The notes below the pieces were generated by a model that saw nothing but the letters and a program-made list of their open reading frames with translations, had not been told where the DNA came from and did not search any database. Positions 63,045 to 64,000 of a DNA stretch of 64,000 bases are shown here, piece after piece. Within the stretch, counting starts at the first letter, position 1. Each line of letters starts with the position of its first letter. Source of the stretch: Eledone cirrhosa (taxonomy: Eukaryota); the NCBI GenBank assembly GCA_964016885.1, contig OZ024742.1, positions 278,504,001 to 278,568,000 on the forward strand, given 5' to 3'. Both the position numbers and the translations under genes were made by a program.

Positions 63045-63800
63045 TAGCAGTCGTACCCGGCGTTGCACAGGATAAGGTATTTTGGAACGGGAGCCGCCTA
63101 TAAACCTAATCGTGGAAAAACTGCAAGCCTGGACAATATGTAAAGAAAATAAACCCAATACACTAATCGCTGGATAATCTTTAAGATTTTCCCCGATGAA
63201 GCAGGAAAAATGCAGGTTTTCACGTAATGCGGACCCTAGGGGATGAGGAAAATGAATTTTTTTACGTGCATAATATGCCTTGAAATTTCGGGAAAAGCGG
63301 CGGCTAGATGTACCGCCTCAAAAAAGCCCTAAAAAGCTGAAAAAATGAGGTTTTTCACCTAATGCGGGCCCTAGGCCATAAGAAAGTTGGATTCTTTTTA
63401 TGTGCGTAACACTTCATGAAACATAAGTATTACGCCTGTAAAGTTTGAAAAAAATAGGTTGCGTACTTCTCGAGTTTTAGGGATTCAAACACACAGACGC
63501 ACACACACACAGACACACACACACACAGACACACTCACTCACACACACACATACAGACAGACATCCTCTGTTTTATATATATAGACTAGCAGAAAACCAC
63601 CCGGGGGGGGGTTCTGCTAGTCTATATATCTAAAACAGAGAATGTCTGTCTGTCTGTCAGCTCACTAAAACTTGAGAACCATCCAACCGATTGTTTTCAA
63701 ACTTTAGACATGTAATACTTATGGTCCTGTGAGCGTTTTGAGCAAACATTATTTCAAATTTTCAATGCCCTAGGGACCGCATTAGGCGATTTAGCGTTCT
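63041..63800. mobile_element. Helitron/DINE-like non-autonomous elements joined in inverted orientation through a hairpin
   Basis: Start TACTAGCAGTCGTACCCGGCGTTGC, ACAG/CA microsatellite, end TTTTATATATATAGA; CTAGCAGAA..TTCTGCTAG hairpin; inverted related copy at 63620-63790. Confidence 0.65.
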
Positions 63801-64000
63801 CTCTATATAATTCTTAGTCTTTCTTTTTAGATAGATACATAGATATAACGTTGCGCCCTTATAATATCTGTCTGTATGTCTAGCTGTCTGCATTACGTCA
63901 TTATGACGCGCTCAGCGCGATTGCCTCGGCCTCAGTGACCAAAGACAGTGGAGAGGGGAAGGTAATGTTTCTGTAGCACGTGTTTTAGCGTCTATTCACT

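Overview
AT-rich, microsatellite-saturated eukaryotic DNA with no recognisable host gene. The tRNA-derived SINEs resemble Octopus families, so a coleoid cephalopod source is inferred. Nearly all long ORFs in the track are (TA)n/(CA)n artefacts. Real coding remnants are all decayed retroelements: Penelope-like elements (PLEs; two copies of an AT-rich RT+GIY-YIG family, one C-rich family, four Naiad-like pieces), plus RTE, CRE-like, R4/Dong-like and Gypsy-gag fragments. Many SINEs and Helitron/DINE-like elements are also present. The main hidden signal is RNA structure: about 20 type I hammerhead ribozyme (HHR) folds, half-folds or remnants. They belong to at least six apparently unrelated short non-coding repeat families and to PLE tails. 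These families form partial or full tandem units of about 320-540 nt, often with an inverted terminal segment, and sit in (TA)n tracts. This is the architecture of retrozyme-like, PLE-mobilised, possibly circRNA-producing elements. Several carry non-canonical cores (U3-A8, A4, C4, mismatched 10.1-11.1). All folds were identified by eye and need computational and biochemical confirmation; coordinates are approximate.
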